The notes beneath the pieces were generated by a model. The model saw nothing but the letters and a program-made list of their open reading frames with translations, was not told where the DNA came from and ran no database searches. A DNA stretch of 63,144 nt, filler included, from Rozella allomycis CSF55 (Eukaryota): assembly GCA_000442015.1 (NCBI GenBank). It is 12 parts of 12 records of this genome, joined end to end, with 100 filler letters (N's around TTAATTAATTAA, not from the genome) between each part and the next. Parts side by side here need not be neighbours in the genome. Positions count along the whole stretch, not along the records: positions 37,234 to 43,617 come from KE560362.1; positions 43,718 to 45,186 come from KE560363.1; positions 45,287 to 47,047 come from KE560364.1; positions 47,148 to 51,708 come from KE560366.1; 8 more parts are not named here. One strand, written 5' to 3'. The translations under genes were made by a program, and so were the position numbers. Positions 37,234 through 50,792 of the stretch are shown here, one piece after another; position 1 is the first letter of the stretch; every line of letters begins with the position of its first letter.

Positions 37234-38759
37234 GGAAGACTCCCTGGGTGAGTTTAAATATAGATCGAGAGTTTTACAAATGAATATTGAAAAACGTTAT
37301 ATTAATAAAACAAAAAATGTTAATTACATTTGATCCTGAATCAGTAGTACAAATAAATCTTGCTTCATGGAGTCTGACGTTGTAAGTTTGCGCCAAAATT
37401 CTACACCAATGAGTCTTAATGTTGATTGCATCTTTTTCATTTTCTTCCAAAGGCGATAATGCCACTCTACGACTGTAATAGATCCAGTTATTGTCGATGT
37501 AGTGAATGGTAAACCCAAGGTATGGAATTTGTACATTATCAGTCCAAATATCAAGGGTCACCGGGAGAGCCAGTAAATCATGCGATACTCAACATCGCAG
37601 GCGAATAATGTCGCCCAAAGCTTTTTCAACGCGTTCAAATATCATTATATTATTTCGAGAAGGTGTGGTCGGACAGGGAATCAAACCAAATTGTCCGCGA
37701 AGTTAAACTTGTGGATGGGTCTCACCAATTCGCAGTGCAGTGGCCACAATAGTCTCAAACCCAGTGCCCGAAACCAATTCAAACGGGCGATTATCAAGAA
37801 CGCAGCAGCGTAAACACGCCTCAGTCATCTGTCGTTTTAAAGCTTGTGCTGGTTTTGATTTGCTCAGAAAACGGGTAATTTGTCTCTGCGGGCCCTTAAC
37901 ACATTGGTACATTGATGGTTATTAAATGACGATGATCCCAAATTCTTGATACCATTATNCAACATGTGGATGGGTCTCACCAATTCGCAGTGCCGTGGCC
38001 ACAATAGTCTCAAACCCAGTGCCCGAAACCAATTCAAACGGGCGATTATCAAGAACGCAGCAGCACAAACAAACCTCAGTCATCTGTCGTTTTAAAGCTT
38101 GTGTTGGTTTTGATTTGCTCAGAAAACTGGTAATTTTTCGCTGCGGGGCCCTTAACACATTGGCACATTGATGGTTATTAAATGACGATGATCCCAAATT
38201 CTTGATACCATTATGCCAACGATATACGGCTTTACATTTAATGCACATACAATATCCCGATCGCGAAGAGGTGCCATCTACGTTGACATATTCAACAATT
38301 TTGAATTTTTTCCAAACATCTGCTGTAAAGGACTTGTCTGGCTCCACAAGAATTAGATCACCGTTTGTTACCTTTGCGTCTATCTCCTTCATTGTCAGTT
38401 TTGGTAACTCCAATTGTTCGTTTTCGGATGTCGATATGTCATCGCTGTCAAAGGACCCGTCAGATGAATCTGTACCTGCAGGCAGCTGAAGCACTTTGGC
38501 TGAAGGTTTAGTCGGTCTATCGTGTCTACGCACTTTAGCCTCGTAAGATAATACTCGTTTCTTCGACGTTGTTCTCATTTACGAAATATATAAAAAATAA
38601 AAAAACGTGGGTGATCAAAACAGGGGTTTTTATTAACTTTTGCTACCGGTCCCACACTCAAAATCTAAAACGGTCACCCACCGGCAACCGGCAAATGGGT
38701 CAATGGATTGCCGGTTGGGTCAAAAAACCCACCAGTGGCTACATCCATGCAGGGTCCTG
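37234..38759 (-). mobile_element. hAT DNA transposon, 5' part (transposase ATG at 38578)
   Basis: BED finger (VWKKF...CIKC...H-C), DNRPFELVSGTGF, TLDIWTD...YLGFTIHYID; candidate terminus CAGGACCCTG at 38759 with subterminal CCGG/ACCC repeats; internal duplication at n 37959. Confidence 0.88.
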
Positions 38760-38806
38760 ATGGACGATTGAACCAATAAGTCTAATAAAAGAAACCTCAA
38801 AATGTA

Positions 38807-38892
38807 TCCGTCCACCCGGAATTGAACCAGGGACATCATGATTACTATTTGACATCTACAGTCACGCGCTCTACCAACTGAGCTATGGACGG
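38807..38892 (-). tRNA. tRNA-Tyr (GUA) with a short intron of about 13 nt
   Basis: CCGTCCA/TGGACGG acceptor stem, TAGCTCAGTTGGTAGAGC, CTGTAG anticodon loop interrupted by an intron, GGTTCAA T-loop. Confidence 0.93.
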
Positions 38893-38897
38893 TTGCN

Positions 38898-40520
38898 GGA
38901 CAGAGTAAAGTCTAGGTATTACATTTTGAGATCTTTGTCTACGGCGCCATTAATTTTTCATCCACACGTAATGTTTAGGAAAGTCCACATATGTTAGCTG
39001 TGTTGCAAATTCATCGTGCTAAAAGACGTTAAAATATTCAGTAAGTTTAGTGCAGCGTCCTCTCTCCAAAATATTTTCTAAAGATTCCGAGTCCTGAAAT
39101 GTGACAAATTGATTATCTTCTAAGTGCACCGGTAAGCGATATATTGCATAAGAATGACCATGTAAATTAAACTCAAAAATGCGGCATGCAGCTTCGCAGG
39201 CTGATGCATATCTTGCGTCAAGATAATTGGAGATTTCATCAAATCGCTACTGCTAAACTCGATCTATCATGTCCCTTGTGCATATTTGTTTTAAATACTT
39301 TACGGACTTTACGGATGAACATAGCTCAATCTTTGTATGGCATTGATATTTCATAAGAAGGCAAGAGTTGTACGGTACAATCCATTGATTATTAATGCTC
39401 ACCTCCCGGCGGTTTANTTACTAACGGACTTTACGGATGAACTTATCTTAATGTTTGTATGGCATTGATATTTCATAAGAAAGTAAGGGTTGTACGGTAC
39501 AATCCATTGATTATTAATGCTCACCTCCGGCGGTTTATAACCTTCTTAATCTCATGATTGCTTTGGCGACGTCGATAAATTGGGTAGCCATTATCACATT
39601 TTGATGTACGTGGTGCGAATGGTTTGGGATAAGCTTTGGTACATGTGGGTGGTCTGTGTTGATTGGTTTGACTCATGCATGGAGATCGGGGGTTAATGTG
39701 GCCGCACGGGCCATGAACACCATATGAGTCGCAACTAAATCATATAACTCCGGTTGGGTTTCCCTATCTGGTATTTCGGCTGAAACAAATTTATCAAAAT
39801 CAATTGGATCGCGTGGTTTGGATGATTCATCTGAAATAAGTAAAATGTGAGCATGCGGTAACCCTCTCTTTTGAAATTCTACAACATACATAAAGGCAAT
39901 TACTTTTCCAAAAATATTGTTTCTTGTGAGGTCCTGAATGATCAATTTAAGTTCTTAATTAAATACACGGGCGACAATGTCAGGGCGATCTTGCGCTGTC
40001 TGGTNAAAACAAATTTATCAAAGTCAATTGGATCGCGTGGTTTGGATGATTCATCTGAAATAAGTAAAATGTGAGCATGCGGTAACCCTCTCTTTTGAAA
40101 TTCTACAACATACATAAAGGCAATTACTTTTCCAAAAATATTGTTTCTTGTGAGGTCCTGAATGATCAATTTAAGTTCTTAATTAAATACACGGGCGACA
40201 ATGTCAGGGCGATCTTGCGCTGTCTGGTTTAACATTAGGTTGTCCTTAATTTCAGGCCAGGAAGGGTTACATGTGACAGTGATAAACAAATCTGGTTTTC
40301 CAAACTCACGTACTATTGCCATTGAATCCTGGTATAATTGCAGCATAGCTCTAGGACCTGCGGTAAAGCTCGATGGTAACACGATTCGTCTTCCTACACG
40401 TTCATTANTTTGATGGTAACACGATTCGTCCTCCTACACGTGCATTATCATTTGCAAAAGCATCGTAAAGGCCTTGGTAAAGTTCAGATCTTATTTGGCG
40501 CTGATGAGTTCTAAAAAATT
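38898..40520 (-). mobile_element. Helitron Rep-domain remnant
   Basis: LPSSFTAGPR...YQDSMAIVREFGKPDLFITVTCNPSW...DRPDIVARVF and HUH motif VEFQKRGLPHAHILL; frameshifted. Confidence 0.92.
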
Positions 40521-40529
40521 ATTTTTTTA

Positions 40530-42600
40530 TTAAGTGGACTATTATTCGGAGTGAAATATAGCGAAAGAGGTAAATTGATGAGATCTTCATACTGCAAAGA
40601 AGAAATATCTATATTAAAGTTATATTCATTTGCCACTTTGAATAGGCCTTTAAAGAAGTTGCTTGAATACTTTTCTACTTCTTTTCGATCCTTAAAAGAA
40701 AAAATAGATAAATATTAAAGATCACATGTCCATGAACTACATATATTATTTAAATAATCTATTAGAATATCTTTTCGAGAATTGTTACAATTAATAAAAA
40801 TGTTTTTATACCAATTAATATTGAAGATGTCTATAAACATGCTTATATACAAATATCCAATAAACCCAAACCTCCCAAACTTTTGGATAAACACGCATTT
40901 TTATAACCTATTTTTCCATTCTTATTATTCCATAGAAATTTTCAAATCATTTTCTTGTATTCAATAAGAAACTCATTTGGCAAAGAAATTACTCGCAATA
41001 GATATAATAATTTTGGCAGAATACATGAATTTAGAAATAAAACCTTTCCTTTTAGGGACAAAGATTTTTGCAAAGATAAAGAGTTTTTGTTTTAGCCAAT
41101 TTATTATTTAAGAAATTTGTAATATAATTTTCATTATTTAGATTTAGAGGGAAACCTAGAGAAATTAAAGTTTCATCCTCTTTTATTTCGGTAAAATTAA
41201 AATTACAATCATCGAAAATATTTTTGGAATCATTTGAAAATAGCAACAATTTAGATTTTGGAACACTCAGTTTGGCACCAGAAGCCTTTTCGTGGTTCCT
41301 AAATCCTTTCATTAAAATTTTTAGATCGTTTGAATTAGAAATGAAACAGAAAATATCATCAGCTAAAGAAAATGCCCTTAAATATGAAGATCTAATATTA
41401 AATCCCTTAATGTATTTATCAATAAATCTTAGCAATTGTTCAATCATGAAAAGGTTTAAATGTGGAGACAATGAATCACCTTGTAATAAACCTCTCTCAA
41501 CTGTTGATAGGAATCCATTAATGCTCAGTTTCCCCTTTAAATCTCCTAAATACATTTTAATAAAATCAATAAATCTATTCGAAAAAAATAAAATTGTTTT
41601 AAACATTGACAAAGATAGTCATGATCCACTCTATCATAAGCCTTGTTTTGATCAAACATTAAAAGTGCACCATTCACTTTTCTTCCAGGCTTTCTTGATC
41701 TAACCAAATGTAAACACTCAGAAAGAATCGACACATTATCATATCCATGTCGTCCAGTAACAAATCCAACTTGGGACTCCCCAATTAAAGATGGCATGTA
41801 ATATTAATCTAGCATCAATCAATTTTGAAAACAATCTCTTATCACAATTAATTAGCGAAATCGGCCTACAATTTTTTAATGACATATTGATCATGCTTTT
41901 CTGGGCATGTTTGTCAAAGTCGGATTTGGGTCGGACAGCTCTGGTCGGCGGATCCAAATTCGAATTTTCATTCTTTTTATGAACAAGAGAGAAAATACTT
42001 TCATTGATTGATTTTGGCTTCTCATTTTTGACTAAAATTTCATTAAATAGATCAATAAGAATTCTTGGATACAATTTCCANACAATTTTTTAATGACATA
42101 TTGATCATGCTTTTCTGGGCATGTTTGTCAAAGTCGGATTTGGGTCGGACAGCTCTGGTCGGCGGATCCAAATTCGAATTTTCATTCTTTTTATGAACAA
42201 GAGAGAAAATACTTTCATTGATTGATTTTGGCTTCTCATTTTTGACTAAAATTTCATTAAATAGATCAATAAGAATTCTTGGATACAATTTCCAAATTAC
42301 TTTATAGATTAAATAAGTTAATCCATCATAACCAGGAGAAGAATCATCTCACAGATCGTATCAAAGAATCCATTTTGTCGTACCATTGACAATTTGGACC
42401 CACATGGATCTGATGGTCTTAAGGATCTATAAATAACTCATAGATCTGACAGTTAATGGATTACTGATAATCAAAATGAATATTATAAAAATAACATTCT
42501 CATCGTACTTTTCTTTCCTATCTTTCTTAAACATCTCTTTCTTTACCTTACATGATACCAGAATTAAGTCGTTCTTCTAGCCTTGAACGACACATTTCTT
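40530..42600 (-). mobile_element. Non-LTR retrotransposon (L1/Tx1-like) RT remnant
   Basis: RPISLINCDKRL, QVGFVTGR, DQNKAYDRVDH, GLLQGDSLSP, LADD; frameshifts; boundaries approximate. Confidence 0.88.
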
Positions 42601-43717
42601 CAAAAGTGACACTTCCCATCAGATTCTGTACATGATCATCATCAATATATTTATCAATACAATATAATAATCTTGTTTGATTAATATCCACCCGTTTCCC
42701 GTAAAAATTCTGGTGATCTTTTACGGTAATTTCCGAAACGTTTTACCGTAGGATCCTCCAAAGAATCAAAAACCCAGGCAGTTCATCCGGTTTTTCGTAA
42801 ATTTTCTAGGTAATTTTGAAACCGATTTTTACCTAAACTTTCTTTCGAAAAAATCGACATTAGGAAATTTGAATTTTTTTTATATTTTAAATATATACAG
42901 CTATTTTGAATAATCGTATTTATTAAGGATGAGGGATCCACATCGTCAAAATCACCAAGGAGTCGAACCTTGCCTCAACCTGAAAACCCCAGAAAATTCG
43001 GAAACATGGATGGGGATCGAACCATGCACCTAGACGTCCGTAAGCATCATGGTTAGTTACTAGGGAATTGAATTTGAACCCTCTTTCTAGAAATATCGAA
43101 AACATGTCACCACATGGTTTGTTACCTACGCATAAAGCTATCTCAGATAAATTCGCGTAATGTAAATGTAGAAAAAGATTACTTATTCAGTCGTATAAAA
43201 AGTTTAACCTGTTANAGATAAAGAAAGAACGAAAGAGGTAGATCGTCAAAAATGACGGACCGGATGACAGACAAAAATTCAGAAAACCCTACAGAAGCTC
43301 AGAACGCGGTTGAGTTGAGACATGAACATCCGTTTGATGATGATGATATGATCCAACCTGATTCAAATGATCATTCACAGAGACTTCGAGATGAACTCAA
43401 CAATTGGCAAAACGTACGAGAGCAAGCTATTCGAGAATTAGTGGACTCCAATACTGCTTGCTCTTGTCNATTGCAAATCAGACTTCCGAGTCGATTGGGG
43501 CTAGAGCGGATGCTTATGTGAGAGCAGTCGTTGATAAAGACGTTTTGGATTCTATTGCAGTTATGGATACCAAGTAAACATGTCTCGCAGACTCTCGCTT
43601 GATTGAAGAATCGAATGNNNNNNNNNNNNNNNNNNNNNNNNNNNNNNNNNNNNNNNNNNNNTTAATTAATTAANNNNNNNNNNNNNNNNNNNNNNNNNNN
43701 NNNNNNNNNNNNNNNNN

Positions 43718-44581
43718 AGACCAAAAGCCAAGAGATCCAAATTTGGACTGGAAATCAAACTAATATACTAAGTAATGTTATAAATTTATTATTTTAGATT
43801 GCACAAAACGCGCAGTGTTAAATGAAGTTGACGCTCAGGCAAAACGATCCGAAAAAGAAATCATTCAATACTTTGAAAATTACTTTGGAATCTGCATTTA
43901 CAGTAAACGTATATGAACTGATCATTAAGTCTTTGGGGAGATCACAAAGGTGTGTTCGTTCCTCCTATAACGGCCATGGCCTTTAAAGAAACCCATTTTA
44001 CTTATCGTCATATTGACATGGGTCATGGGTTTGCTTGGCTGCTGCCAAGTCGGAGACAACACGCCAAAATATGGCTTCTATGGCCGTCCTTAAAAAATAA
44101 TACGGGAAAATATTCATCCTATACTTGTACAGAAGCAGAAATGATAAGGTATTTCTTCTTTTTTTCATTGTTTTAGATATCTTACGTATAAAAGTAACGT
44201 TAAAGTGGTTGTGCAACATCCGCATACTATTTTAACAATGAAACCTTTTACTACTCATGTCGTATTGACGGTGTTTCCATTGGGGGGTAACCCGAATAAC
44301 GTTTCAATTCTGATTGGTCCTAACTTTATTTATGAGCATGAATATAATATTGTGGATCAGTAAATAATATAATCAAACGTTTTAGATATGTTAAACTTGG
44401 CTCTGGTTGGGCAAGATCATCTAGAGATGCTGTTGATGCTATACTTCAGTACGTGGAGTATTTTAGTACGTCTGCAAGTAACAAGAATAATCTTAAAGTA
44501 TAAAATTTATATTTATTTTAGAAGAAATGGAAAGATTTAAAAGTCAAGTTTTGGAAAATGGGAATATATCAAAACAACTAA
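43718..44581 (+). CDS. Divergent JmjC/cupin 2OG-Fe(II) dioxygenase-like protein (5'-truncated, about 5 introns)
   Basis: Spliced product has TYRHIDMG---AW...KIWLLWP...VVVQHPHTILTMKPFTTHVVLT...SILIGPNF, i.e. the HxD...K...H JmjC layout. Confidence 0.6.
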
Positions 44582-45286
44582 TAAATTCCATATTGGAAAC
44601 TCATTCAACATGCATACTATACTGTCCCTGTGTATTGAATATATATATATTACGCTTGATAAATATTTGGTATTGCGTTCAAGTTAGCTTCCAATTCCGA
44701 AAATTCCAGAAAATGGCAGCGTCAATCTGGGGCGAGATCAGACGCTGGTGCTAAATACCCTTAAGTACACAACCGTACAGCGGGCAATAATTAAATGTAT
44801 TTTCTAGGTTCAATTGCTGGACTCTTCTTCGTGAGTTCGTTTATTCGTCCATATAAGCTTAGCCACTTTCTTCCACAGTTTTTCATCTACCTTGATATCA
44901 CATTTAGCAGTCTAGAATGACTCGCCGTTGCCAATCTGAGAACCTAGACCCTTATTCATGATTAAGAAAAAGCGATCTTCTAAAGCTACATATGACCACT
45001 GTGTTAGACTTGATGGTCTAGCGTTGAACCTTGAATATGTCTTTACTTATGCTCCTTCGGTGAACATCCCAACTTCGTTTCCTACTTCGGTTGCGAGTGA
45101 TTTTTTGTGCGAGAGCCTCACCAGAATCATCAGAGTGTGGGTATTTGGACAACGAAAAGGCCTGCTGACTTGTCATTGACGCAATTNNNNNNNNNNNNNN
45201 NNNNNNNNNNNNNNNNNNNNNNNNNNNNNNTTAATTAATTAANNNNNNNNNNNNNNNNNNNNNNNNNNNNNNNNNNNNNNNNNNNN

Positions 45287-46519
45287 GTGCATCTCAAAAT
45301 CGTTGTTCCGGACCACCTTACGAAAGGAGTTTTTTCATTCGCTGAGGATGCAATAAATGCGGTATTGGCCGCGCGCCACGGGCAGGAGGGTTGTGCTGGT
45401 GTTGTCAACTTTTTGACTATGTTAATCTCTTATAGGAAACTCTTTATAACTAATGCGGCTATAATTTATGACAACGCAGTCCTGGATCGTGATGTACGTA
45501 CACAGGACATATTCAAAGCCTTGCCATTTTGTACAAAAGAATTTCGTCATTGGAGTCAAAATGATTGTAAACGGCAATATCAGGCACTGCGTGAACATCC
45601 GTCGTTCAATTTTGAAAATATTCAAAATGAAAAGCTTTCCGAGTTACTCTCCCAGTTGCGAGAATTTGGTGCCATAGTACATAAAACACAAATCGATGAA
45701 AATGCGAAAGTGTTGCAGAGATTGGAACGGATCGAGAAGAAGTTGGCCATAGATCAAACATCAAGCAGTGAGACTCATTTCAATCCATGGACGCCCTTGA
45801 AAACCAAGTCGCGACCATCGTCCCCGGTTGTAGCGCGGGTTCCCTTGCCGTCATTGGAGTCGCCACGGAAATCAGAGTCTCCAAAACGACGCCGATTCAA
45901 ACCAAATCCAAACAATCCACGACGCACATGCTTGGAGATTTTGAATTTAGGTACAGATGACAATCAACTTTCGACAAAGTCCAATTCACAATTTACAAAA
46001 CCTGCGGCGCCCACAGCGCAAGCGACGTTACGCCAGGATAAGAAAGTTGATAGCAATGCCTCACCTCAAAGCGGATGGTCAGGTAAAGTCCCTTTGCTCT
46101 CTGATCCCATCCTACAATCTGGTCCACAAAAGTGTACAACGGTTAAAGATATGTGGAATGCGTATGCGTATGGTTCTGACAGTTATCCTCCCTGGCGCAA
46201 ATTGGAGGAGATGTATGGTGCTAAATGGAGACGTAGCGGAACGTCACGCACGACGTGGTCGCGCATGATAAAAGGAATTATTATGCTTGAAGTTATTTTC
46301 TTTGAGCATGGCGACAAAATGCTGGCATTTGTGGAAACCGAATTAAACATTCAAACATTGACTCAGTTGAATAAAGTGGTTAATGACTGGCATGACTGGC
46401 CAAATTCTATAAAATCTATTCGCGATGAAAGTAAAAGACTCAAAGAAAAGTCGAAACATATCATTGAATGGCTTTTGGTTAGAGCTGGGGGACTGAACAC
46501 CTCCAAAAGTCAGACATAG
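45287..46519 (+). CDS. GCR1_C-domain protein; 3' half of a CryptonF/Ndc10-like gene
   Basis: TTVKDMWNAYAYG---PPWRKLEEMYGAKWRR---RTTWSR (GCR1_C); N-terminal FLTMLISYRKLFITNAA...HPSF resembles the end of the Crypton/Ndc10 domain; intronless; truncated by the contig start. Confidence 0.75.
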   Translation: MHLKIVVPDHLTKGVFSFAEDAINAVLAARHGQEGCAGVVNFLTMLISYRKLFITNAAIIYDNAVLDRDVRTQDIFKALPFCTKEFRHWSQNDCKRQYQALREHPSFNFENIQNEKLSELLSQLREFGAIVHKTQIDENAKVLQRLERIEKKLAIDQTSSSETHFNPWTPLKTKSRPSSPVVARVPLPSLESPRKSESPKRRRFKPNPNNPRRTCLEILNLGTDDNQLSTKSNSQFTKPAAPTAQATLRQDKKVDSNASPQSGWSGKVPLLSDPILQSGPQKCTTVKDMWNAYAYGSDSYPPWRKLEEMYGAKWRRSGTSRTTWSRMIKGIIMLEVIFFEHGDKMLAFVETELNIQTLTQLNKVVNDWHDWPNSIKSIRDESKRLKEKSKHIIEWLLVRAGGLNTSKSQT

Positions 46520-47483
46520 TGTATGCTTTGTCGTTTCCATTCATACTCATTAAACGTTTTTTACATATTTATATTTTTTTAAATAAAAATGGTTGGTATA
46601 AAAAAACTTTTACCTCGTTGACTTCAAACATGCCTAATCACTAAACGGCAACACATTTTTATGGAATTCATGTTATGTCATTTCATTTGTGCATACACCG
46701 CGCATCAAACTGTGCATTTCAAAGTTAAGGTTACTTAACAGAGTTTCCATGCAATTTCAAAATTTATGTTCAAAATGCGTGCCTATAAACCAATTTTTAT
46801 GCAATGTCCAAAATTCATTTATAAAGCGTTTATACAGAGTACTACACGTCGTGTCCACGTTTTAGCTTATCTTCAACTCATGGTTGTAAACTCCAGGCAG
46901 TACCAGTCTTGCTGCCTTAGGAGTACTTGATTTTGTTCAAGTCTATAAATGCCCAAACATGCGTATAATCCACTTTCTAAATCTAAGTATAGGTATTTTT
47001 ACATTATTTTTGCTATTTTAAAATGGTCCGTTTCATGTGACCCCTGTNNNNNNNNNNNNNNNNNNNNNNNNNNNNNNNNNNNNNNNNNNNNTTAATTAAT
47101 TAANNNNNNNNNNNNNNNNNNNNNNNNNNNNNNNNNNNNNNNNNNNNCCAATGATTTTAATTGACCATACTGATTAGTAAATATCATAGACAAAGAATTG
47201 CTTGTTAATATTTTCATTCTCAACCCCTGTCCAATTTCATTTTGGTAAGATAACCAAATTAAAGGAAATAGAGAAACATATTATCCGCTGTGGCGAAACT
47301 AATAATTTTACCAATGATATAACAAAAATCAGCAATATAACAGCGAAAAGACTTTTGAGAATGACTTCAAGGACACTTTTCTCCATCGCTTATCCCACAG
47401 AAGCTTTGAATATCTAATTGAACAAATAGTGACTGTGAAGCAGATGCTGCCTCAAAACTGTAACGTATGCACCACTTGCCAGA

Positions 47484-48540
47484 TTAGGAATGTTTGTGGC
47501 GCTTTTTTAGAAGGGCCGCAAGAATTCTTCCGTCTTCTATATTTTCCATTATTTTAGATACCGTCTCTAAAAAAACTGAATGCATTCCACTTTTAGTAGA
47601 TGATCCTTCTATAAGAGACCAACAGGCGGGAAGCAGTTGATTTCCGCCTTTACCATAAATTTCCTCTTTTGATATATTTAGTATACAAGATTTACCTCCC
47701 GGTGCTGANCTGAACAAATACTGACTGTGAAGCAGATCCTGCCTCCAACTGTAACGTATGCACCACTTGCCAGCTCAGAAATGTTTGTGGCGCTTTTTTA
47801 GAAGGGCCGCAAGGATTCTTCCGTCTTCTATATTTTGCATTGTTTTAGATACCGTCTCTATAAAAACTGAATACATTCCACGTTTAGTAGATGATCCGTC
47901 TATAAGCGACCAACAGGTGGGAAGCAGTTGATTTCCGCCTTTACCATACATTTCCTGTTTTGTTGTATTTAGTATACAAGATTTACCTCCCGGCGCTGAA
48001 CGACGCAATATGTCTTTAAAGTTTTTGCTCACATTGATGATAAAAGGGAGGTCTGTTTGGGGTTCAATGTTGCAGCAATTTTTGGTAGACGTAGATTCCC
48101 CCACAGTTTCTAAAATTATAAGTCAGTTGGCAAAATTAGTAACGCTGGCTGACGTGAAGCTTCTTTGTTCAAGAAAAGGCTGTGATCTTTTCAATGCCCC
48201 TGAATATGCTCAAATTGCAGTGTTAAGCTCTTTGATATAATTGACCGTTTTCAATACCTCGCTTCTGGCAAACGCATTGACATCGACCTATATGAATGTA
48301 TGCGTGGAGCTCAGTGACAATGGACAAAGAGTCTGGCAGGTCTACCTCTTAACCAATTGTACCGGAAGCAAGGTTGGGACGATTGTGCACTGAATTGGCA
48401 GCAATACCATCTGAACGCTGGATTAAATGTTGTTCAACTCTAGCGGCAAAANTTTGAACGCTCTCAATACCTCGCTTCTGACAAACGCATTGACATCGAC
48501 CTATATGAATGTATGCGTGGAGCTCAGTGACTATGGATGC
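47484..48540 (-). CDS. Hypothetical protein fragments present as two divergent overlapping copies
   Basis: ORFs 47484-47717 and 47775-48104 are homologous across n 47709; 48245-48320 is repeated after n 48452; may be a pseudogene. Confidence 0.35.
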
Positions 48541-48618
48541 TATTTTAAAGTGGCAATACTATCTTTTGAGTTTCCAATGAATACTCTTCATAGTCATAAA
48601 TGGCATCATTATTATGGA

Positions 48619-48696
48619 TGTTAAACCAAATGAAAAAAATGGACGTACCAGGGTAACGAAAAAATATATTTACGAAATTTATCTTTCGACTTATCA
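48619..48696 (-). repeat. 3' LTR, 78 bp
   Basis: Direct repeat of 50793-50869, with about 7 substitutions and 1 indel by hand alignment. Confidence 0.88.
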
Positions 48697-50792
48697 TTAT
48701 TATTCTTTCTTTGATTTTCGTCATTAAATATATTAATGCTAATTTGATCATCACGTTGATCCTCAATTTGATTGAAATGTTCGTTCTTTTCATTTCGTAT
48801 TGAGTTCCCATTTTCTTAAATCTCACTTTCAACCATCTCATCAAGTTCTACGAATCGGGCTGTAATTCGCTTCTCAATAAATTCTAAGCTGCGACTTGTG
48901 AATATTTTATACGTTTCCAATTCGAGAACTTTGTACCCTTTTGACTCATTGTCATTGCCAGGGAGAACACATCTCTTTGTATTTGGCTTCAATTTTGCTA
49001 TCACGGATAAAGGTAGCTTCGTAAAGCAATTCGCCGCAAATGAGACACATCTTTGCTTCATAAAATGCCACATAAAGAATTTTTGTTTTCCCCAAGACTG
49101 CTTTTTTATGGATTGCGATTTTGAAGATAAACAACTGACTGAACCATTTCATCCCAGTACTCTATTAGTATTCCACTCTAGATAAGGAGGCATGGTTCTG
49201 TTTTTTCTCTCAGCCACACCATTTTGTTGTGGACAATAATCAACAGTATACTGTCTCATTATGCCATGTTTGTTCCACAACTTTATCCATCTTTGACTTC
49301 TAATTTCTTTCGCATTGTCACTTATAATTTTCTTAGTTTGTATATTTATTGAATTTGTAAACTGCTTTTGAAAATTCTCAAATACTTCAAATGCATCACT
49401 CTTATTTTTTAAGGTGTAAACATGACACATCCTTGAATAATCATCAATAAATGTAATGAAGTATTTTTGCTCGTTATCCGAATCTTGGAATGGTCCACAA
49501 ATGTCCATATGTATCCACTCCAAAATTGCTGCTGCTCTACTTTCTTTCTTTGGAAACTTTCCATGAGCCATTTTTCCTTGGATACAAATTTTACATTTTT
49601 CATCACAACCCATCTTATCAATTTTTGTCAATCCCTCTACATTTTCAAATTTACTAAGCTCTTTTAATCTTTCTACATTTATATGACCAAATCTCTCATG
49701 CCAGATATTTACCATCTTTTCACTTACCATATTCTCTTTCCTTTGATTTGCCTTTACTAACATCATCGCCTTATTTATCTTAATGTTATTAATATTAATT
49801 TCATGTTCCTCTTTGCCATTCCCTTTTTTAAAACCATTTATCATCAAAAAACTCCGCTGTACAATTTCGCTGTTTTGTAAATTCTGAAAACTAAAAACAA
49901 CTTGGCATTAAGTTGAGGGACATGTAGTACATTTTCGAAAAATTCTTTGATGATATCACCTCTTCCAGCTGCTTTCACTAACCTTGAGTTTGCTGTCTGG
50001 ACATCAACATTGTTGACCGTCGAATAATTTATCATATTAGATTTTTCTTAGGTAAAATGCGCTGACGCACCAGCACTCACGACAAAAAAATTTGAATGAT
50101 CATTTTTTCTCTATATTGATGCTTGTAATGTCCGGCCTTCTTACAGTTGTAACATACTACATCAACCTTATTAACTTTTTTTTCTCTGGCTTGCTTTTAT
50201 TCATACATGTCAGTCAATTTCCTATCATGTTCTAAAACAAAACTATTAACGGTTTCACATCCCATGTCTATAAAATCACTGCGGGTTTCTAACCTCGTAA
50301 TTAAGCTCATGAATTTTCGTGGCAAACAATTCAAGAACAGAATGTTCCTTATGACTGGATCCAGCTCAACTTCATTCTCCTTCATTATTCTTGACGCTAT
50401 CTCAAATTCCACAATAGATTGCTCCACTGACTTACCTCATAACTTTATCAACGATTTCACTGCCTGCACTAGTGCACTTCCGCTATTCTTTCCATGCGCC
50501 TTTTCCAGTGCTGGCCGAGCTGCTCCGGATGACTTTGACTTCCTGGTGTGCTCCAGCTGCGTCGCGGACACGAAGAGATTATTGTCGCAAGTTCTTCAAG
50601 ATCTTGTTCAATTTCTTCTTTTGTAAAGACTCCATTCTCTTTCTTTTGTTCTTCTTCGATGTTATTCTCCATCGGTTTACACACAACTTGCCATAGTTTC
50701 TTGCTTACCAGAATGGCTCTTGCATAAAGTAACCAGGACGAGTAGTTGTCAATATTGAGCGTCGGTATTTTATTTCAGCGGGGCCCATAACT

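Noticed and set aside
42690..43617. Short inverted repeats and a small ORF at 43252
   Set aside because: Probably transposon debris, but no diagnostic motif could be identified.
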